Shown here: positions 29,066-32,000 of the stretch, one piece after another
Position numbering within the stretch: the first letter of the stretch is position 1
Layout of the letters: every line of letters begins with the position of its first letter
From: Aeropyrum pernix K1
GTDB taxonomy: Archaea > Thermoproteota > Thermoprotei_A > Sulfolobales > Acidilobaceae
Assembly (NCBI RefSeq): GCF_000011125.1
Contig: NC_000854.2
Location: 630,001 to 662,000, forward strand
DNA length: 32,000 nt
Direction: 5' to 3'
Position numbers and translations under genes: made by a program
Notes under the pieces: generated by a model
What the model was told of the DNA's origin: nothing
Seen by the model: only the letters and a program-made list of their open reading frames with translations
Databases searched by the model: none

Positions 29066-29848
29066 TTGAAAAGCCCGGTGGCAGGGGCTGTTTTAGACCC
29101 CTCCACACCCCCTCCTACAACCGGGACGTCTTGGAGGTGGCCTGGGTTAAGGGATGCCGATCCCTACAGGGAGGCTAGGCTCAGGATGGTGGAGCAGCTT
29201 AGGAGGAGCGGGCTGGTGACCAGCAGGAGGGTGCTCGAGGCCATGGCCAGGGTTCCCCGCCACCTCTTCGTGCCCCCGGAGTACAGGGGGATGGCGTATG
29301 AGGACAGGCCCCTCCCCATAGGCCACGGCCAGACGATAAGCGCCCCCGGGGTGGTGGGGAGGATGCTCCAGCTCCTCGACCCCCAGCCCGGGGAGAAGGT
29401 CCTAGACGTGGGGGCGGGCAGCGGCTACCAGTCCGCCCTCCTCGCAGAGCTCGTAACCCCCGGGGGCAGGGTCTACGCGGTGGAGAGGATACCCGAGCTG
29501 GCCGAGTACGCCAGGGAGAACCTGGAGAAGACGGGCTACCGGGGGGTGGTGGAGGTTGTCGTGGGGGACGGGAGCAAAGGCCTCCCACAACACGCCCCAT
29601 ACCACAGGATAAAAGTGGCCGCCGCAGCACCCAAACCCCCCAAACCCCTGGTGGAACAGCTAGCCCCCGGCGGGAGAATGGTCATACCCATAGGAACACC
29701 AGATCTCCAAATCCTAACAATCATAGAGAAAACCCCCGACGGCAGAGTGAGGGAGAGGAGGGACATAGAGGTCCTCTTCGTACCCCTAATAGGGGAACAC
29801 GGATACAGAGAAGACTGGCGGAAACAATACTGGCAATGGTGGCGATGA
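29066..29848 (+). CDS. pcm: protein-L-isoaspartate O-methyltransferase; true start probably 29150-29186
   Basis: VLEAMARVPRHLFVPPEYRGMAYEDRPLPIGHGQTISAPGVVGRMLQLL...VLDVGAGSGYQSALLAEL. Confidence 0.93.
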   Translation: MKSPVAGAVLDPSTPPPTTGTSWRWPGLRDADPYREARLRMVEQLRRSGLVTSRRVLEAMARVPRHLFVPPEYRGMAYEDRPLPIGHGQTISAPGVVGRMLQLLDPQPGEKVLDVGAGSGYQSALLAELVTPGGRVYAVERIPELAEYARENLEKTGYRGVVEVVVGDGSKGLPQHAPYHRIKVAAAAPKPPKPLVEQLAPGGRMVIPIGTPDLQILTIIEKTPDGRVRERRDIEVLFVPLIGEHGYREDWRKQYWQWWR

Positions 29849-29886
29849 CGACTGTGGTTGGCACAGAACCCCAAAATAAAAGAGGG

Positions 29887-29942
29887 GTGATGAAGACTAG
29901 GAGCCCACCGAGCCGAGCCGTTAAAACATGAAATGATCCTGA
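29887..29942 (+). ncRNA. weak candidate C/D box sRNA
   Basis: exact C box GTGATGA (29887-29893) and D box CTGA (29939-29942) 56 nt apart; internal D'/C' boxes degenerate. Confidence 0.2.
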
Positions 29943-29991
29943 AATGATAAGGAAAAGATGGTTGTAAGTGATTGGAGAAGAAATTCTATCC

Positions 29992-30519
29992 TTATCCTGA
30001 ATTTGCCTGACCTGCTATTCCTTCGCTAACTACTGTCGGTACAGATATTACTCCGCTCTTCTCGAAGTAAAGCTTTACAAGTATATTGTCTCCGGGACCT
30101 ATGTCTCCCTCGGTCAGGCTACACGTGGTCCCGTTCAGAATTATAGCTCCTGTTGAAACGATTTCGGTCGTGTTGGCTTGTATAGTAAAGGGTAGTACGT
30201 TGCCTAGGTTATTCTCGTCTAAAACACACGTCTTATTGTTACCAGATATCTCAATCCTAATAAGAGTATCACTACTACCACCGCTGTTGTTTATGTATAA
30301 TTTAGCCTCTATTTCATCGTTGTCTGTATTGTTTATCGTTTCGTAGACGACTTTTGCTGCTGATACTTGTATTTGTGGGCTTCCTGTTGCGAAGCTTCCC
30401 CATAGGCCGAATAGCCATCCTGCTACTGCTATGCTTATGGCTATCGCGACCGCCACTATTATTACCGTGGCTATAACCGGCGAAATACCCCTCCTGAGCC
30501 TCACTTCTGGTTTCACCAC
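29992..30519 (-). CDS. archaeal type IV pilin/archaellin-like protein
   Basis: class III signal peptide-like RRGISPVIATVIIVAVAIAISIAVAGWLFG; several N-x-S/T sequons. Confidence 0.85.
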   Translation of the reverse strand: MVKPEVRLRRGISPVIATVIIVAVAIAISIAVAGWLFGLWGSFATGSPQIQVSAAKVVYETINNTDNDEIEAKLYINNSGGSSDTLIRIEISGNNKTCVLDENNLGNVLPFTIQANTTEIVSTGAIILNGTTCSLTEGDIGPGDNILVKLYFEKSGVISVPTVVSEGIAGQANSG

Positions 30520-30660
30520 CTCTTCTTGTGTCTGTTTATGGTTTTTAGTGTTTGGTCTTGTTAAAACGGTTTTGATAGTAATACTGTGTTATGGGTTGGC
30601 CGGGTGTTTAGCTTTATGGTATTAAATTATTATTACTTTACCCCTGACTCTTTTAAGGGT

Positions 30661-31542
30661 TTAGGGCGGGCTGGCCTGGAACACCCTCTCCACCAGGTCT
30701 ATGTTCGTCCTGCGGACCCACTCTCGAGTCTCGGGTGTTCTGGAGGCTATTTCTCTGAGCTTCTGTGCCATCTTCCAGGGTTCTACGACTGCGCCGGGCC
30801 TGGCGGGGTCGTCTAGGTAGTCGCTCTCCACCATGTAGTCTGGCGGCTCGTTTGCGGCGGCGTGCTCGAGGAGCTTTGGGACCCCGGGTATGGTGGCGTT
30901 GTAGCCCCTCGCCACCGCCTCCTTGGCTACCCTGAGGGTTGCGTGGTGGAAGATCACCATGCCCCTCCTAGCCCCTGTGGCACCGGCCCTCCGGAGTATC
31001 CTGTCCACGGTCTCCACCGTGGCGGGCCCCTCGTTCTCCAGGTGGAGCTGGAGTAGGCAGCCCTCCTCTAGTGCGGCTGCTGCGGCCTCCTCCAATACCA
31101 CTTCAGCTATGGCCACTCTCAGGGGGCTCGTCCGGTAGTGCTGCCTCCCCACCTCCCCCACACCGTCTATAGCCCCCTCCCTGCAGAGCCTCCTGAGGAC
31201 CTCCACCGCCTCCAGCGCGGTCTCGAGGGCCTTCTCCGGGGGCTGGCGGTGCTTGTCTATCATCCTGTCAACCTCCGCGGGGTGGATGCCGGCGAAGCAC
31301 GCCACCCTCAGCCCCTCCTCACGGGCGGCCCTGCACTCCCGCAGGTGTATCTCGTACATCCTCCTGTAGGCCTCTACCCCTGTTGGGGCGAGGCCGTAGC
31401 TCCAGGTTGTGAGGGTTAGGAGGGCGGCGAACCAGCCCCCCTCCCTCCTGAACCTCCTCGCAACCTCCCTCGCGCCCAGCCCCCTGGTGGGGTTTGTGTG
31501 CATGTGGGCGTCCGCCACCAGTATATCCGCGGCCAAGTCCAC
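30661..31542 (-). CDS. TatD-like metal-dependent hydrolase
   Basis: ADAHMHTNPTRG, CFAGIHPAEVD, GAIDGVGEVGR, LLQLHLENEG, VESDYLDDPARPG. Confidence 0.85.
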   Translation of the reverse strand: MDLAADILVADAHMHTNPTRGLGAREVARRFRREGGWFAALLTLTTWSYGLAPTGVEAYRRMYEIHLRECRAAREEGLRVACFAGIHPAEVDRMIDKHRQPPEKALETALEAVEVLRRLCREGAIDGVGEVGRQHYRTSPLRVAIAEVVLEEAAAAALEEGCLLQLHLENEGPATVETVDRILRRAGATGARRGMVIFHHATLRVAKEAVARGYNATIPGVPKLLEHAAANEPPDYMVESDYLDDPARPGAVVEPWKMAQKLREIASRTPETREWVRRTNIDLVERVFQASPP

Positions 31543-32000
31543 CTAGCCTCCTCTCTTCTCCGCGTAGAGTGCGGGCCTGCCTGGGAGGGCGTTGGCCCTC
31601 CTGGGGCTTCCGCCATCCTCCTCCGTCTCAACCACCACCTTAACACCCAGCTCCTCCTGGAGTAGCTGGGCAGCGTCCCTCAGGGCCTCCAGCTCCACGC
31701 TCCTGGGTGCGGCTCTCCTGAGGACCTCGGGCGCCCTTGACAGCTGTTGGACGAGCCTCGCGGCCTCCCTCTTGTCGACGCCCTCCACCTTGAACGCCTC
31801 TCTGAGGGCCTCCTTCATGCTGGCGCCCCTCTCCCTCGCCCTCCTGACGGCCTCGACAGCCCGGTACTTCCACTCAGCCGCAACTGTGACGACTAGGGTG
31901 TCGGCCCCGCCTATGAGGCTGAGGACCTCCCTGGCGTCCTCCAGCACCGCCTGCACAGTCTCCTCCGCCGCCTCCACCTCGGGGCTTATCTTCGACTCGT
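31543..32000 (-). CDS. leuS: leucyl-tRNA synthetase, C-terminal fragment (runs off window edge)
   Basis: frame open to base 32000 (ESKISPEVEAAEE...); VTVAAEWKYRAVEAVRRARERGASMKEALREAF and ...NALPGRPALYAEK resemble archaeal LeuRS C-terminus. Confidence 0.7.
   Translation of the reverse strand, partial: ESKISPEVEAAEETVQAVLEDAREVLSLIGGADTLVVTVAAEWKYRAVEAVRRARERGASMKEALREAFKVEGVDKREAARLVQQLSRAPEVLRRAAPRSVELEALRDAAQLLQEELGVKVVVETEEDGGSPRRANALPGRPALYAEKRGG

Overview
The window is a GC-rich crenarchaeal chromosomal segment. Frequent TTG/GTG starts, GGAGG/GGTG Shine-Dalgarno sites, archaeal TATA boxes and an intron-split cbf5 all fit an Aeropyrum-like organism; that placement is inference. It contains: a COG2521-like methyltransferase; an EamA transporter; a divergent pair of large membrane-anchored, Thr-rich-stalk surface proteins, one of them a metallophosphoesterase; a sodium/solute symporter; a DUF1152 protein; two small ribbon-helix-helix regulators; a wHTH+CBS regulator; and a Sec/ribosomal cluster (secY, adkA, an EMC3/DUF106-like protein, rpl34e, cmk, rpl14e) with an amidase gene embedded in it. 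Further on are ribB, archaeal ribC, split cbf5, a nucleoside phosphorylase, a glycerate kinase, a GT-C-like membrane protein, an M28 peptidase, a radical-SAM-like protein lacking the expected cysteines, a short RpoM/TFS-like zinc ribbon, DUF371, pcm, a type IV pilin-like protein, a TatD-like hydrolase and the 3' end of leuS. Main observations: (1) cbf5 is interrupted by a 38-nt intron at 19713-19750 with a canonical 3-4-3 bulge-helix-bulge; (2) a 56-aa, almost purely Glu-rich small ORF at 1187-1357 is absent from the supplied track; (3) the protein at 27169-28074 resembles AmmeMemoRadiSam radical SAM proteins at both ends but lacks the CxxxCxxC cluster; (4) a strong archaeal promoter at 23677 precedes nested perfect GC stems, a candidate structured RNA; (5) dyads overlap the promoters of the paired ribbon-helix-helix genes. 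I found no CRISPR array, transposase, rRNA or clear tRNA. I found no multi-gene defence-like or otherwise obviously new system; the candidates are single-locus oddities.
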